The notes under the pieces: generated by a model
What the model saw: the letters and a program-made list of their open reading frames with translations, nothing else
Databases searched by the model: none
What the model was told of the DNA's origin: nothing
Shown here: in pieces, positions 9,906-19,862 of the stretch
Numbering within the stretch: position 1 is the stretch's first letter
Layout: the number at the start of each line of letters is the position of its first letter
From: Patescibacteria group bacterium
GTDB lineage: Bacteria; Patescibacteriota; Patescibacteriia; XYB2-FULL-38-15
Assembly (NCBI GenBank): GCA_041737355.1
Contig: JBGSRW010000007.1
Span: 10,556 to 74,555, forward strand
Reading direction: 5' to 3'
DNA length: 64,000 bases
Made by a program: the position numbers and the translations under genes

Positions 9906-9978
9906 TTTTTCTCTATTATAATCAAAGATTGAAGGAATTAATTTTTCTGCTCTTAACGGCGGAATTTTTATTTCAGTT

Positions 9979-11793
9979 ATGAACAATATCAGAAACATCG
10001 CCATTATTGCCCACGTTGACCATGGCAAAACTACCCTGGTCGACGCTCTCCTCCACCAATCGGCTACCAAGGTCGGGAAAGAAAATCTCGGCAGAATTTG
10101 TATTATGGATTCAAACGAACTGGAGCGCGAGCGCGGCATTACAATTTTTTCAAAAAATGCTTCGGTGCAATGGGGCGAGACAAAAATAAATATTATTGAT
10201 ACGCCGGGCCACGCCGATTTCGGAGGCGAAGTCGAGCGGGTTTTGAATATGGCCGACGGCTGTCTCTTATTGGTTGATGCCAAAGAGGGGCCGATGCCGC
10301 AAACAAGATTTGTTTTAAAAAAAGCCCTTGAGCTTGGACATAAAATTATTGTTGTTATCAATAAGATTGACAAACCGCACGCCCGGCCGGATTTCGCCTT
10401 GGACAAAACTTTTGATTTATTTGTTGAACTCGGGGCAAACGATCAGTCCCTCGACTTCCCGGTTATTTACGCTTCGGCAAAACAGGGTTTGGCCGGAAAC
10501 GATCCCGATCTTTCAAAAATGAAAGATATCTCGCCGATTTTTGACGCGATTTTAAAACATGTTCCTCCGCCGATCGGCGATGAGAACGCTCCGCTCCAGA
10601 TGCTTGTTGCCAATATCGGCGGTGATAATTTTAAAGGAAGAATCGGCATCGGCCGGGTTATGAACGGGACGCTCCGCGTCGGCCAGGATATAATGCATAT
10701 CAACCGCCTCGGCCAGATGAAAAAATACCGGCTGATATCTCTTATGACTTTCTGCGGCCTTTTGCGAACCGAGACAAAAGAAGTCGCGGCCGGCGACATC
10801 GCCGCCGTAGCGGGAATTCCCGATTTAACTATTGGGGAAACGGTCGCCGATCCGAATGAACCGCACGCCCTGCCGGTTTTGAGCATTGAAGAACCGACCG
10901 TAAAAATGACTTTCACTATTAACGATTCCCCTTTTGCCGGACAAGAGGGCCAATTCACTACTTCCCGCCAAATCAAGGAACGCCTGCAAAAAGAACTGGA
11001 AAACGATATGGCTCTTAAGGTTGAAGACGCGCCCGAGGGCGGATGGACGGTTTCCGGACGAGGCGAACTTCATCTTTCAATTTTAATTGAGAGAATGCGG
11101 CGCGAGGGTTTTGAGCTTCAGGTTTCCCGTCCGAAAGTTATTGAAAGAGAAATCGACGGAAAAAAAATGACGCCTTACGAACGATTCTTTGTCGAAGTTC
11201 CCGAAGCTCATTCCGGAATTGTTATTCAAAAAATCGGCGGACGCAAAGGAGAATTGAAAGACATGAAAACCATGGACGGCATCACCTATCTAGAATTTTT
11301 AATTCCGACCCGGGGTCTTTTCGGTTATCGCAGCGAATTTTTGACCGATACGAGAGGATTGGGAATTATGAACACTAATTTTTATCAATATCTCCCTGAC
11401 CCGGGTAATTGGCGCGAACGGGAGCAGGGATCGCTTGTGGCCCATGAAACCGGCGTCACCAATCTTTATGGCATGATCAATGTCCAGGACCGTGGCGTAT
11501 TTTTCATCGGTCCGGCTGTTAAGGTTTACGAAGGCCAGGTTGTCGGACAAAACGCCCGAACCGGCGATATCCGCGTCAATGTTTGCAAAGCCAAGGAGCT
11601 TTCCAACATGCGCTCCAAGGGCGACGGTTCTGCTGAACACTTTAACGCGCCAAAAACCATGGGGCTTGAAGATGCCCTGGAATATATCGGCGACGATGAG
11701 TTAGTAGAAGTAACTCCGCAAAACGTCCGAATCAGAAAAGTTCATCTGGATGAACTCACCGCCAAACGAATGGCCAGAGCAAACAGAGAATAA
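9979..11793 (+). CDS. typA: Translational GTPase TypA/BipA
   Basis: RNIAIIAHVDHGKTTL, ERERGITI, DTPGHADFGGEVER, GRGELHL, LVEVTP..VR.RK. Confidence 0.97.
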   Translation: MNNIRNIAIIAHVDHGKTTLVDALLHQSATKVGKENLGRICIMDSNELERERGITIFSKNASVQWGETKINIIDTPGHADFGGEVERVLNMADGCLLLVDAKEGPMPQTRFVLKKALELGHKIIVVINKIDKPHARPDFALDKTFDLFVELGANDQSLDFPVIYASAKQGLAGNDPDLSKMKDISPIFDAILKHVPPPIGDENAPLQMLVANIGGDNFKGRIGIGRVMNGTLRVGQDIMHINRLGQMKKYRLISLMTFCGLLRTETKEVAAGDIAAVAGIPDLTIGETVADPNEPHALPVLSIEEPTVKMTFTINDSPFAGQEGQFTTSRQIKERLQKELENDMALKVEDAPEGGWTVSGRGELHLSILIERMRREGFELQVSRPKVIEREIDGKKMTPYERFFVEVPEAHSGIVIQKIGGRKGELKDMKTMDGITYLEFLIPTRGLFGYRSEFLTDTRGLGIMNTNFYQYLPDPGNWREREQGSLVAHETGVTNLYGMINVQDRGVFFIGPAVKVYEGQVVGQNARTGDIRVNVCKAKELSNMRSKGDGSAEHFNAPKTMGLEDALEYIGDDELVEVTPQNVRIRKVHLDELTAKRMARANRE

Positions 11794-11838
11794 ATTTCCA
11801 TAACAAAACTCCGCAACTTTTGGCCACGGAGTTTTTTG
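11791..11838. repeat. 48-bp direct repeat copy 1 (terminator hairpin)
   Basis: taaatttccataacaaaactccgcaacttttggccacggagttttttg; 46/48 identical to 12760..12807. Confidence 0.9.
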
Positions 11839-11882
11839 TATAACTTGCTTCTACGCCGTAAAATCGTCTACAATACTTTAAT

Positions 11883-12752
11883 ATGCCGCATTATTTTGGA
11901 ATCATTTTTGCTTTAGTCTCGCTCGTCACCTGGGGTTTCGGTGATTTTTTTATCCAAAAAACCGTGCGGGCGGTCGGCAGCTGGAAAGCCCTCTTTTTTA
12001 TCTGCGCCGCGGGTATGGTCGGCATCTTTCCTTTTATTAAAAACGATCTTTCTCTGCTAAACGCCGGAGACTTTTGGTTGCTGGGACTCGCCGGAGTAAC
12101 GATGCTTTTCGCCGCCGTATTTGATTTTGAAGCCTTAAGGCGGGGTAAAATCGCGGTTGTTGAACCTATCCTTGGTCTTGAACTGCCAATCGTTGTCATC
12201 CTAGGCATAACTTTGGGTGGAGATTTCCTCACAAATTTACAGATTCTTCTTATCGTTTTAGTTTTTATCGGAATTATGCTGGCAGTCTTGCAAAGCCGGC
12301 CTGAAAAAAATTACCGCCGGAAAATTTTGGAAAAAGGAATAATTTTAGCCGGAATCGGCGCGGTCATCATGGCTCTGACTAATTTTCTGGTCGGCGTCTC
12401 AAGCCAGGGAGTCTCACCGCTCATGACCATCTGGTTTGCCCATTCTTTTTTAGCCGTCGTAAGCGGCGCCGTCCTTTTATCAAAAGGCGAACTTCGCCGC
12501 CTCTGGACTGATATAAAAAATTATCCGGTGCCGATTATTGGCCAAACTTTTTTTGATAATTTCGCCTGGATTTCTTTCGCCTTTGCTACGACCTTCGTCC
12601 CCATTTCTATCGCCACTACAATCAGCGAAAGCTATATCGCCCTCGCGGTCCTCCTCGGTCTTTTAGTAAATAAAGAAAAAATAAAATTTCACCAAATTGT
12701 CGGCATCTTTTTCGCGATAGCCGGAATCATAACTCTTTCCTATTTTTCCTAA
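11883..12752 (+). CDS. DMT/EamA family transporter
   Basis: About 10 TMs in two EamA-like halves, ending L...EK....Q.VG. Confidence 0.85.
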   Translation: MPHYFGIIFALVSLVTWGFGDFFIQKTVRAVGSWKALFFICAAGMVGIFPFIKNDLSLLNAGDFWLLGLAGVTMLFAAVFDFEALRRGKIAVVEPILGLELPIVVILGITLGGDFLTNLQILLIVLVFIGIMLAVLQSRPEKNYRRKILEKGIILAGIGAVIMALTNFLVGVSSQGVSPLMTIWFAHSFLAVVSGAVLLSKGELRRLWTDIKNYPVPIIGQTFFDNFAWISFAFATTFVPISIATTISESYIALAVLLGLLVNKEKIKFHQIVGIFFAIAGIITLSYFS

Positions 12753-12759
12753 AAAAATT

Positions 12760-12807
12760 TAAATTTCCATAACAAAACTCCGCGACTTTTGGCCGCGGAG
12801 TTTTTTG
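12760..12807. repeat. 48-bp direct repeat copy 2 (terminator hairpin)
   Basis: taaatttccataacaaaactccgcgacttttggccgcggagttttttg. Confidence 0.9.
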
Positions 12808-12817
12808 ATTCAGAAAT

Positions 12818-13192
12818 TTAGAATTTTAACATCTTGGCAAATTGGCCGACTACCGGTACGGGCTCTTCCTTGCCTTGGGAAGCGTTTACGATTCCCAGAA
12901 CTACGAGCACCAAAAGCCCGAGCTGGAGCAAACGTAAAATCCAGAAAAGGAATGAAAACTGCCACCACCAATACCAGGGAATCATCATATTGAGAAGCCA
13001 GATAATCACACCGATGCAGAAAAGCACCAGTCCCTGTTTTACGTGATATTTAACGAACGGTTCTTTGTGGGCTCCGGTCAGGAGCGGAATAAAAAACAGG
13101 ATATAGGCAATTATTGCCATGCCCGTGTTCTTCTCTCCACCGGATGGCGCCTTCGGCGCCTCGGCCGGCATCCCTTGCTTTTGTTCTTCCAT
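12818..13192 (-). CDS. DUF4870-like small membrane protein
   Basis: MAIIAYI.F.IPL, FVKYHVKQGLVLF, GI.NA.QG...PVP.VG. Confidence 0.8.
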   Translation of the reverse strand: MEEQKQGMPAEAPKAPSGGEKNTGMAIIAYILFFIPLLTGAHKEPFVKYHVKQGLVLFCIGVIIWLLNMMIPWYWWWQFSFLFWILRLLQLGLLVLVVLGIVNASQGKEEPVPVVGQFAKMLKF

Positions 13193-13231
13193 AGGATTAG
13201 AAAGTTAGATTATGAATAATTTTTCTATCTG

Positions 13232-13858
13232 CTAGTTCCCAAACGACGGCATCTTAAAAACCACTACTACTAATTCCTGGCTGTCATTATCGGCGGAGAA
13301 GGTGTGCTGCTCTCCGTTTTTACTCGCGAGGATAGTTGCCGAACCGTCCGATTGCCCGCTCGAGGTTATACTATAGCCATTGCTTGTCAGGGCACTCGTG
13401 AGCTTGTTCGCGTCTCCCGAAGCAAAAACTCTCTTCAGGGTAAAGGTAACCGATCCGGAATCATCTCCCATACCCGTTATATTGCTGAAAAATCCAGTCA
13501 ATTTAGCTCCGCCAAAAACCTCTGCCAGAATAGGTTTTATTTCCGAGTTGGCCTTATCAACCAAAGCGCCGCCTCCCCCTACCTCCTCCGCCCCTCCATA
13601 AACATCGGCGGGAGATTGTTCTTCTTGCGCTCCTTCGGGCGGCCAATTATTACCAGTCTCTCCGGCAAACTTGCTGGCTTCTTCCGCTAATTTTGCCAAA
13701 TCACCGGCATTTTTTCCGGAAAAAGCATTCCCTAAATCGCCAACGAGTTGGCGGACAGCTCTCTCCCTTTGATATCTCTGCCAGGCAAAATAACCGCCGA
13801 CAACAACGATCACTGCTATTACCACGATAATAGGAGTAAGGTACTTGTTTTTCTCCAT
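13232..13858 (-). CDS. Membrane-anchored hypothetical protein
   Basis: Single N-terminal TM then a soluble domain, 208 aa. Confidence 0.7.
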   Translation of the reverse strand: MEKNKYLTPIIVVIAVIVVVGGYFAWQRYQRERAVRQLVGDLGNAFSGKNAGDLAKLAEEASKFAGETGNNWPPEGAQEEQSPADVYGGAEEVGGGGALVDKANSEIKPILAEVFGGAKLTGFFSNITGMGDDSGSVTFTLKRVFASGDANKLTSALTSNGYSITSSGQSDGSATILASKNGEQHTFSADNDSQELVVVVFKMPSFGN

Positions 13859-14043
13859 ATTTTTTAAATTTATTCCCGACGCAGAAAACGCTTCGGGTAT
13901 TCGTTAATTATGTCTTTCTAGAGTATAGCAAATTTAAAACAGAACAGGAATACCCTTTATAAAAATGTTTTGCCTACCCCGCGTTTGTGCTATAATTAAC
14001 AAAGGAATTATCATAGCCAATAAATTATCAATTTCCCATTGTT

Positions 14044-14916
14044 ATGTCACAAAAAATCCGCAAAGTTATTATCCCGGTCGCCGGTTATGGGACAAGATTT
14101 CTCCCGGCTACCAAGGCCCAGCCCAAAGAAATGCTTCCCATCGTCGATAAACCGGTTATTCAATATATCGTCGAAGAGGCGGTCGCTTCGGGCATTACCG
14201 ACGTTATTCTCGTAACCGGCGCCTCGAAAAGAGCCGTTGAAGACCATTTCGACTATAATTTCGAGCTCCAAAATTGGCTGAAAAAACAAGGAAAAGAAGA
14301 AGTCCGCCAAGAACTAAAAAATATCGCTGACATGGCGAATTTTATTTATATCCGCCAAAAAGGACCATACGGCAACGCCACCCCGGTCCTAAACTGCCGA
14401 CAAGTCGTGGGCGACGAGCCCTTTGCCGTCCTTTCGGGAGACGACCTGATTCTTGGAGCTAAAAAACCTCGCCTGAAACAACTGATTGAGGCTTACGAAA
14501 AATATACCGACCCGGTTATTACCGCCATGAAAGTAACCAAAGAAGAAACTAAAAAATACGGCATGTTGGACGCGGTAAAAACCGAAAAAAATATTTATCA
14601 GGTGAAAAAAATCGTGGAAAAGCCGGGCCCGGAAAAAACTCCCTCATTGCTTGCCACTCTTTACGGATACGTTCTTACACCGGATATTTTTGACGAACTG
14701 GATAAATTAAAACCGGGAGCCGGCGGAGAATTCTGGCTGCCGGAAGCCATCGCCGGATTACTCAAAAAACGACCGGTTTACGCCTGCGAAATCGACGGGA
14801 CATATTACGACGCCGGTTCAAAACTCGGCTGGCTCAAGGCAAACGTTGATCTCGCGCTGAAGCGTCCAGACCTCAAAGCCGGCTTTACCCAATATTTGAA
14901 AAAATTAAAAATATAG
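14044..14916 (+). CDS. galU: UTP--glucose-1-phosphate uridylyltransferase
   Basis: IPVAG.GTRFLPATKA.PKEMLPIVDKPVIQY.VEEA, VEKP. Confidence 0.93.
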   Translation: MSQKIRKVIIPVAGYGTRFLPATKAQPKEMLPIVDKPVIQYIVEEAVASGITDVILVTGASKRAVEDHFDYNFELQNWLKKQGKEEVRQELKNIADMANFIYIRQKGPYGNATPVLNCRQVVGDEPFAVLSGDDLILGAKKPRLKQLIEAYEKYTDPVITAMKVTKEETKKYGMLDAVKTEKNIYQVKKIVEKPGPEKTPSLLATLYGYVLTPDIFDELDKLKPGAGGEFWLPEAIAGLLKKRPVYACEIDGTYYDAGSKLGWLKANVDLALKRPDLKAGFTQYLKKLKI

Positions 14917-14920
14917 AGCT

Positions 14921-16315
14921 ATGAATAGGAAAACTTTAGGCATTTTTCTTTTGCTGGCTTTCATCGTCACGGCCGGCCCGATTTGCAAAGGTACTTCGCA
15001 AGAAGTTGCCGAAGCCATGAAACCGGTAAACCTGACTTATTGGCGAGTTTTTGACGACGGAGACTCAATGAACGATATTATTTCCGCGTACCGCCTCGTC
15101 CATCCGAACGTTTCCGTTACTTACCGGAAATTTCGCTATGAAGAATATGAACAACAACTCCTGAATGCCTTCGCCGAAGACCGTGGCCCGGATCTTTTTT
15201 CCATCCCGAATACCTGGGTAAAAGAATATGAAACGAAAATTTTGCCGATGCCGAAATCCATAACCTTGCCTTACCAGATAACCACCGGCACGATCAAAAA
15301 AGAAACGATAATCGAACTGCGCACGGCCGCAACGTTAAGCCTCCGGGCTCTTAAAACCGATTTTGCCGACCAAGTTGCCAAAGACGCGATTTTAAAATAC
15401 CAAGAAGAAGGCCAACCGCTTGAAGAAAGAGTTTTTGCCCTGCCTTTTTATATGGATACCTTAGCTCTTTTTTACAACCGGGACATTCTGAATGCCGCCG
15501 GACTGCCCGAGGCGCCCCGCAACTGGACGGAATTCCAGCAGGCGGTTAAAAAAATTACCAAAATAGATAAGCAAGGAAATATTATCCAGTCCGGAGCGGC
15601 TCTTGGCACGGCTTATAATGTCGAGCGGGCACCCGATATTCTCTCGCTCTTAATGATGCAAAACGGTACGGCCATGACCGACGACGGCGGCAGTGCGACT
15701 TTTGCCAATATCCCGCCGGGCGGAACAATGCCAAACCCGCCGGGCGAAGACGCTCTCGGATTTTATACCGACTTTGCCTCTCCGTATAAAGAAGTTTTTA
15801 CCTGGAACGCGGCCATGCCCGCCTCGCTTGAAGCCTTTACGACCGGCCGGACCGCTTTCTTCTTCGGTTACTCTTACCATATTCCGCAAATCAAAAACGC
15901 GGCGCCAAAACTTAATTTCGCCGTGGCTAAAATGCCGCAGATTGAAGGAGGACAGGAAGTCAATTTTGCCAACTACTGGATGGAAACCGTTTCTAAAAAA
16001 ACAAAAAACCCAAACGAAGCCTGGGATTTCATCCAATTCACGGCAAAAGCGGAAAATGCCCAAAAATTCCTTGCTAAAACAAAAAAGCCGACCGCTCTCC
16101 GGTCTCTTATCGCAAACCAGATTGAGGATTTGGATCTTTCGATTTTTGCCTCGCAAATTTTGACGGGGAAAAGTTGGTATCATGGCTACGACGCTCCGGC
16201 CGCCGAAAAAATATTTGAGGACATGACCGAACAGATCGTGGCCGGCGCGCAAACTCCGAAAGAAGCTATTAATTGGGCGCAAGGGAGAATTAACCAGACC
16301 ATGCGGCCCCAGTAA
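14921..16315 (+). CDS. Extracellular solute-binding protein (carbohydrate SBP family 1-like)
   Basis: N-terminal TM; GPD.F, ALP...DTLALFYN.DIL, P..W.EF, AF..G..A, AW.FI.F; no permease or ATPase genes adjacent. Confidence 0.85.
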   Translation: MNRKTLGIFLLLAFIVTAGPICKGTSQEVAEAMKPVNLTYWRVFDDGDSMNDIISAYRLVHPNVSVTYRKFRYEEYEQQLLNAFAEDRGPDLFSIPNTWVKEYETKILPMPKSITLPYQITTGTIKKETIIELRTAATLSLRALKTDFADQVAKDAILKYQEEGQPLEERVFALPFYMDTLALFYNRDILNAAGLPEAPRNWTEFQQAVKKITKIDKQGNIIQSGAALGTAYNVERAPDILSLLMMQNGTAMTDDGGSATFANIPPGGTMPNPPGEDALGFYTDFASPYKEVFTWNAAMPASLEAFTTGRTAFFFGYSYHIPQIKNAAPKLNFAVAKMPQIEGGQEVNFANYWMETVSKKTKNPNEAWDFIQFTAKAENAQKFLAKTKKPTALRSLIANQIEDLDLSIFASQILTGKSWYHGYDAPAAEKIFEDMTEQIVAGAQTPKEAINWAQGRINQTMRPQ

Positions 16316-16339
16316 ATCGTTTTACCTTATAACAAAAAT

Positions 16340-16828
16340 ATGGCAAAAAAATTATTCTTAGTTTCTCTCGTCGCGATTTTTTTCTTTCTTGTCGCCTCTC
16401 CTGTTCTCGCTTCCTGGCCGGCTACCCCGCTTTTGCCGCCCTGCGCAACCGGCGCCCAACTGGGAACTGCTGAATCTCCCCGATGTGGTTTTAACGATTT
16501 TATTCTACTTGGCGTCAATCTGACTAAATTAATTCTAAGTATTGTCGGATCATTAGCCCTGCTTTTCTTTGTCTACGGCGGAGTAATGTTTTTGATCGCC
16601 GGAGGAAAATCGGAAGCGGTGACCAAAGGAAAAACAATTATCACAAATGCCGTGATTGGTTTGGCCATTGTGCTTGGCGCCTGGGTTATTGTTAATTTTG
16701 CCATTGCCGCCCTCACCGGAACTTCGGTCGGAAGCGTAAAACTTTTCGGCACGCAAAATTGGTGGATAACTCCCGGCGCGGAAAAAACAACCCCGCCTGA
16801 AGGCGAAACGCCAACTCCTACACCATAA
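16340..16828 (+). CDS. VirB2/TrbC-like pilin 1
   Basis: Signal peptide then IVG.LALL.FVYGG......G.....KGK.II.NAVIGL.IV. Confidence 0.8.
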   Translation: MAKKLFLVSLVAIFFFLVASPVLASWPATPLLPPCATGAQLGTAESPRCGFNDFILLGVNLTKLILSIVGSLALLFFVYGGVMFLIAGGKSEAVTKGKTIITNAVIGLAIVLGAWVIVNFAIAALTGTSVGSVKLFGTQNWWITPGAEKTTPPEGETPTPTP

Positions 16829-16835
16829 AAATTTT

Positions 16836-17711
16836 ATGAAAAATCCTCAAAAAAAATCTTCTTTACTGTTCAGAGTTTCTTTTATTTCTCTTTTATTGTT
16901 TACAAGTTTTTATCAAAATGCTTCAGCCGCAAGAACGGCATTAGAAATTTACTCTGACGTCGAAGCTGTAGTAACACAAATCGAAAACGAACATAGCGCA
17001 GCGCTTTCGGGTGGTGAAGCAACAAGGCGAGACGGCGAAGCTGCTTCCGCGGCGGCACAAGAAGCGGCAGATCAGGCGAGAGAAGCTCAAAATTCAGGAA
17101 ATCTCGAGGCACTACAAAGGGCTAATAGTATCCTCGCTGCCGCGAACGATATGCTCACTAAATCTAGCGCTGTTATAGAGGTTGCAACCAGAAGAATAGC
17201 CGCAGCCTCTGCCGCCGTTCCGGCAGCCTCTGCCGCCGTTGATGCAATTACCATCGCTATGCGGGACGAAACTCCGGCAAACATAGCTGCTGCCGAAACT
17301 GCACTCACGGCGGCTCGAGCCGCGCTAGCCACAGCTGAAACGGCTTTTGATGCAATAGCGGCGCCATATAATCTTTATCTGGACGCAAAGGCAACTTACG
17401 AAAGATTGAAAGGATCACCGGTTGGCGGCTCCGTGACTAGCGGTACCGAATCAGTCGAATTTGATTCGCCAATCGGCAAACTTTCCCCCGCCCAGCTAAT
17501 AGGCAAGGCGATTAAAGCCGTTTTGGGAATTATCGGCGCGATTGCTCTCCTGATGTTTGTCTATGGCGGCTTGATGTGGATGCTTTCCGGCGGCTCGGCG
17601 GACAAAATAAAAAAAGCCCAGGGAGTATTAATTTGGGCAACCATTGGTCTTGCCGTAATTTTTGCAAGTTATACTCTAGTAGACTTTGTCCTACAACAAT
17701 TTGGAGTTTAA
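16836..17711 (+). CDS. VirB2/TrbC-like pilin 2 with Ala-rich helical N-terminal domain
   Basis: Signal peptide, long Ala-rich region, C-terminal YGGL.WM.SGG...KIKKA..VLIWA.IGL. Confidence 0.8.
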   Translation: MKNPQKKSSLLFRVSFISLLLFTSFYQNASAARTALEIYSDVEAVVTQIENEHSAALSGGEATRRDGEAASAAAQEAADQAREAQNSGNLEALQRANSILAAANDMLTKSSAVIEVATRRIAAASAAVPAASAAVDAITIAMRDETPANIAAAETALTAARAALATAETAFDAIAAPYNLYLDAKATYERLKGSPVGGSVTSGTESVEFDSPIGKLSPAQLIGKAIKAVLGIIGAIALLMFVYGGLMWMLSGGSADKIKKAQGVLIWATIGLAVIFASYTLVDFVLQQFGV

Positions 17712-17714
17712 AAA

Positions 17715-18125
17715 ATGAAAAAATATACAAAAAATTTTGCTGACGCGACGCTGATTGCCCTTTTTTCTCTTTTGTTGATTGGCTCTTTCGGACACATCGC
17801 TTTTGGGCAAACAACTCCGGCCGTAAATCTTCCGACCGGGGAGGCGCCGCCCATGATTAACCTGGAAAATCCGCTCGGGGGTTCAACCAGCGAAGTTTCC
17901 GTCCCCCAAATTATTGGTAATATTATTAAGACAATTCTTACTGTCGTTGGCGCTCTGGCCTTAGCCATGTTTATTTACGGCGGATTTACCTGGCTTACTT
18001 CTGGCGGAAGTTCCGAAAAAATTACAAAAGGCAAAGATATTCTTATTTGGGCGACAATTGGTCTGGCCGTTATCTTTTCAAGCTATACTTTGGTCGATTT
18101 TTTGTTAAAGGCTTTTGGATTATAA
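17715..18125 (+). CDS. VirB2/TrbC-like pilin 3
   Basis: L.NPLG...VPQIIG.II, YGGF.WLTSGG...KI.KGKDILIWA.IGL. Confidence 0.82.
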   Translation: MKKYTKNFADATLIALFSLLLIGSFGHIAFGQTTPAVNLPTGEAPPMINLENPLGGSTSEVSVPQIIGNIIKTILTVVGALALAMFIYGGFTWLTSGGSSEKITKGKDILIWATIGLAVIFSSYTLVDFLLKAFGL

Positions 18126-18126
18126 A

Positions 18127-19011
18127 ATGAAAAAAAAGATTAAAAACCTGGCTATTTTTATATTCGCCCTGCTTTTAAGCATCGCTCTTTGGGGGGCCGG
18201 AAACGTTAACGCCGAAGAAACAAGCCCTTGCTATTGCATTCCCCCGGGTACAAGTTGGCTTCTCGTTGGAGACTGCGCCGAATGCCCGGGAGCTTGCGCC
18301 GCCTCCTTTAACTTAGGGAGCGACAATTTTACGCAAAGAACTTGCGGAGAGGCTGATCCTATAGCTCCCGGAGCAAAAAAATGTTTTTGCCAAATACAAA
18401 TTACCACACCCCCGGCCATGCCCCTTGACGAATGCATCGACGGATGTGCCGGGAACCATTACAGCTACATCTGGACCCCGCCTTCTTCCCCCGTCGAGGA
18501 AGGAGATAGTTGCGCAACTCCGGAAGATTGTTCCGGCGGAGGGACGTGCGGTGAAAACCGATGCTTTTGCAACAGTGAAACCAGCCGATGTGATTTCAAA
18601 TATGAAAACGACGCGGATTGTACCAAGGATGATCAATGCCAATCGGGTTACTGCAAAGAATTCTATTCTTATACCGTGGGCAGCAATGTTAAAAAATGTA
18701 CCGCTGCGGGAGCGCGCCCTCCCCAGCCTTCTGAATCGGAACTTTTTCCGACTTATAACTTGAATTCACCTATTGGGGAAGTGAGCGCCCCGGGGCTTAT
18801 TGGCCGTATTATCAAGTCTGTTATCTCAATTGTCGGCGCTCTGGCTTTGGCCATGTTTATTTACGGCGGATTTACCTGGTTGACCTCGGGAGGCAGCTCT
18901 GATAAAATTAAGAAAGGCCGGGATATTTTAATCTGGGCGACGATCGGCCTTATCGTGATTTTCGCAAGTTATACTTTGGTGGATTTTTTGCTAAGAGCCT
19001 TTGGATTATAA
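18127..19011 (+). CDS. VirB2/TrbC-like pilin 4 with 20-Cys N-terminal domain
   Basis: Signal peptide (start MKKKIK), Cys-rich region, pilin C-terminus nearly identical to pilin 3. Confidence 0.8.
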   Translation: MKKKIKNLAIFIFALLLSIALWGAGNVNAEETSPCYCIPPGTSWLLVGDCAECPGACAASFNLGSDNFTQRTCGEADPIAPGAKKCFCQIQITTPPAMPLDECIDGCAGNHYSYIWTPPSSPVEEGDSCATPEDCSGGGTCGENRCFCNSETSRCDFKYENDADCTKDDQCQSGYCKEFYSYTVGSNVKKCTAAGARPPQPSESELFPTYNLNSPIGEVSAPGLIGRIIKSVISIVGALALAMFIYGGFTWLTSGGSSDKIKKGRDILIWATIGLIVIFASYTLVDFLLRAFGL

Positions 19012-19067
19012 ATATTATCTTTTAGCCTTCCTAACCGTCGGCTAAACCCGAAAGGGGGTGAAAAAAA

Positions 19068-19436
19068 ATGAAAAAATTGTTTGTTTTCCTGACTATTGCC
19101 AGTCTCTTAACTCCAGTTTTAGTCGCCGCGCAAACTAATGACATTTTGGGCCTGAATGTTATTAACAACGCCAACATCGGTCTTACCGCCACTGATCCGA
19201 GAGCTACCGCCGCGAGAATCATCAACGTAGCCTTGGGCTTTTTGGGTATCATCGCCGTTGTCATTGTCCTTTACGGAGGCTTCATGTGGATGACCGCCGC
19301 GGGTAACGAAGAGAGAATTAGCAAAGCCAAACAGATTTTGACCGCCGGTGTTATCGGTTTGGTGATCATCATTATGGCTTGGGCAATCGCGAGCTATGTC
19401 GTAACAACCTTGATGAATGTGACGAGAACACCATAA
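19068..19436 (+). CDS. VirB2/TrbC-like pilin 5 (candidate major pilin)
   Basis: Minimal pilin with YGGF.WMTAAGNEE...KAK; SD-like AAGGGGGTGA upstream and a hairpin downstream. Confidence 0.85.
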   Translation: MKKLFVFLTIASLLTPVLVAAQTNDILGLNVINNANIGLTATDPRATAARIINVALGFLGIIAVVIVLYGGFMWMTAAGNEERISKAKQILTAGVIGLVIIIMAWAIASYVVTTLMNVTRTP

Positions 19437-19448
19437 TTCAAAAATGTG

Positions 19449-19478
19449 AATGGGGCGGGGTTTTCCCGCCCCATTTCT
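19449..19478 (+). terminator. Hairpin after pilin 5 (terminator or stabiliser)
   Basis: aatggggcggg-gtttt-cccgccccatt. Confidence 0.6.
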
Positions 19479-19493
19479 CGATTGAACATCGGT

Positions 19494-19862
19494 ATGTTTC
19501 CAAACTTTAAAAAAATTTCTAAACTTTTTTACGGCTTAACACTGCTTGCAATCCTTGCTGCGCCGGCTTTTGTTTCGGCTGTGGATACCGGCCTTGAAAA
19601 TTCGGCTGGGGCGGCCGGCATTGAAAAATTTGATATTGCCACGAAGATCGGAGATATCGTCTCAACCGTTCTGGGTTTTGTCGGGGTTCTCTTTCTAATT
19701 TTAATGATCTATGGCGGCCTTATGTGGATGACGGCCGGCGGAAAAGAAGAACAGCTGGGTAAGGCTAAAAAAACTATCACTGCCGCCGTAGTCGGAATTA
19801 TTATCGTCTTTTCCGCTTACGCCATAACTTTTTTCGTCACCGAAACTTTACTCGGAAGATGA
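19494..19862 (+). CDS. VirB2/TrbC-like pilin 6
   Basis: Start MFPNF; YGG.MWMTAGG.EE...KAKKTI. Confidence 0.8.
   Translation: MFPNFKKISKLFYGLTLLAILAAPAFVSAVDTGLENSAGAAGIEKFDIATKIGDIVSTVLGFVGVLFLILMIYGGLMWMTAGGKEEQLGKAKKTITAAVVGIIIVFSAYAITFFVTETLLGR

Noticed and set aside
17202-17240. 18-bp tandem repeat gcagcctctgccgccgtt
   Set aside because: In-frame coding repeat within the Ala-rich pilin domain; not a separate element.
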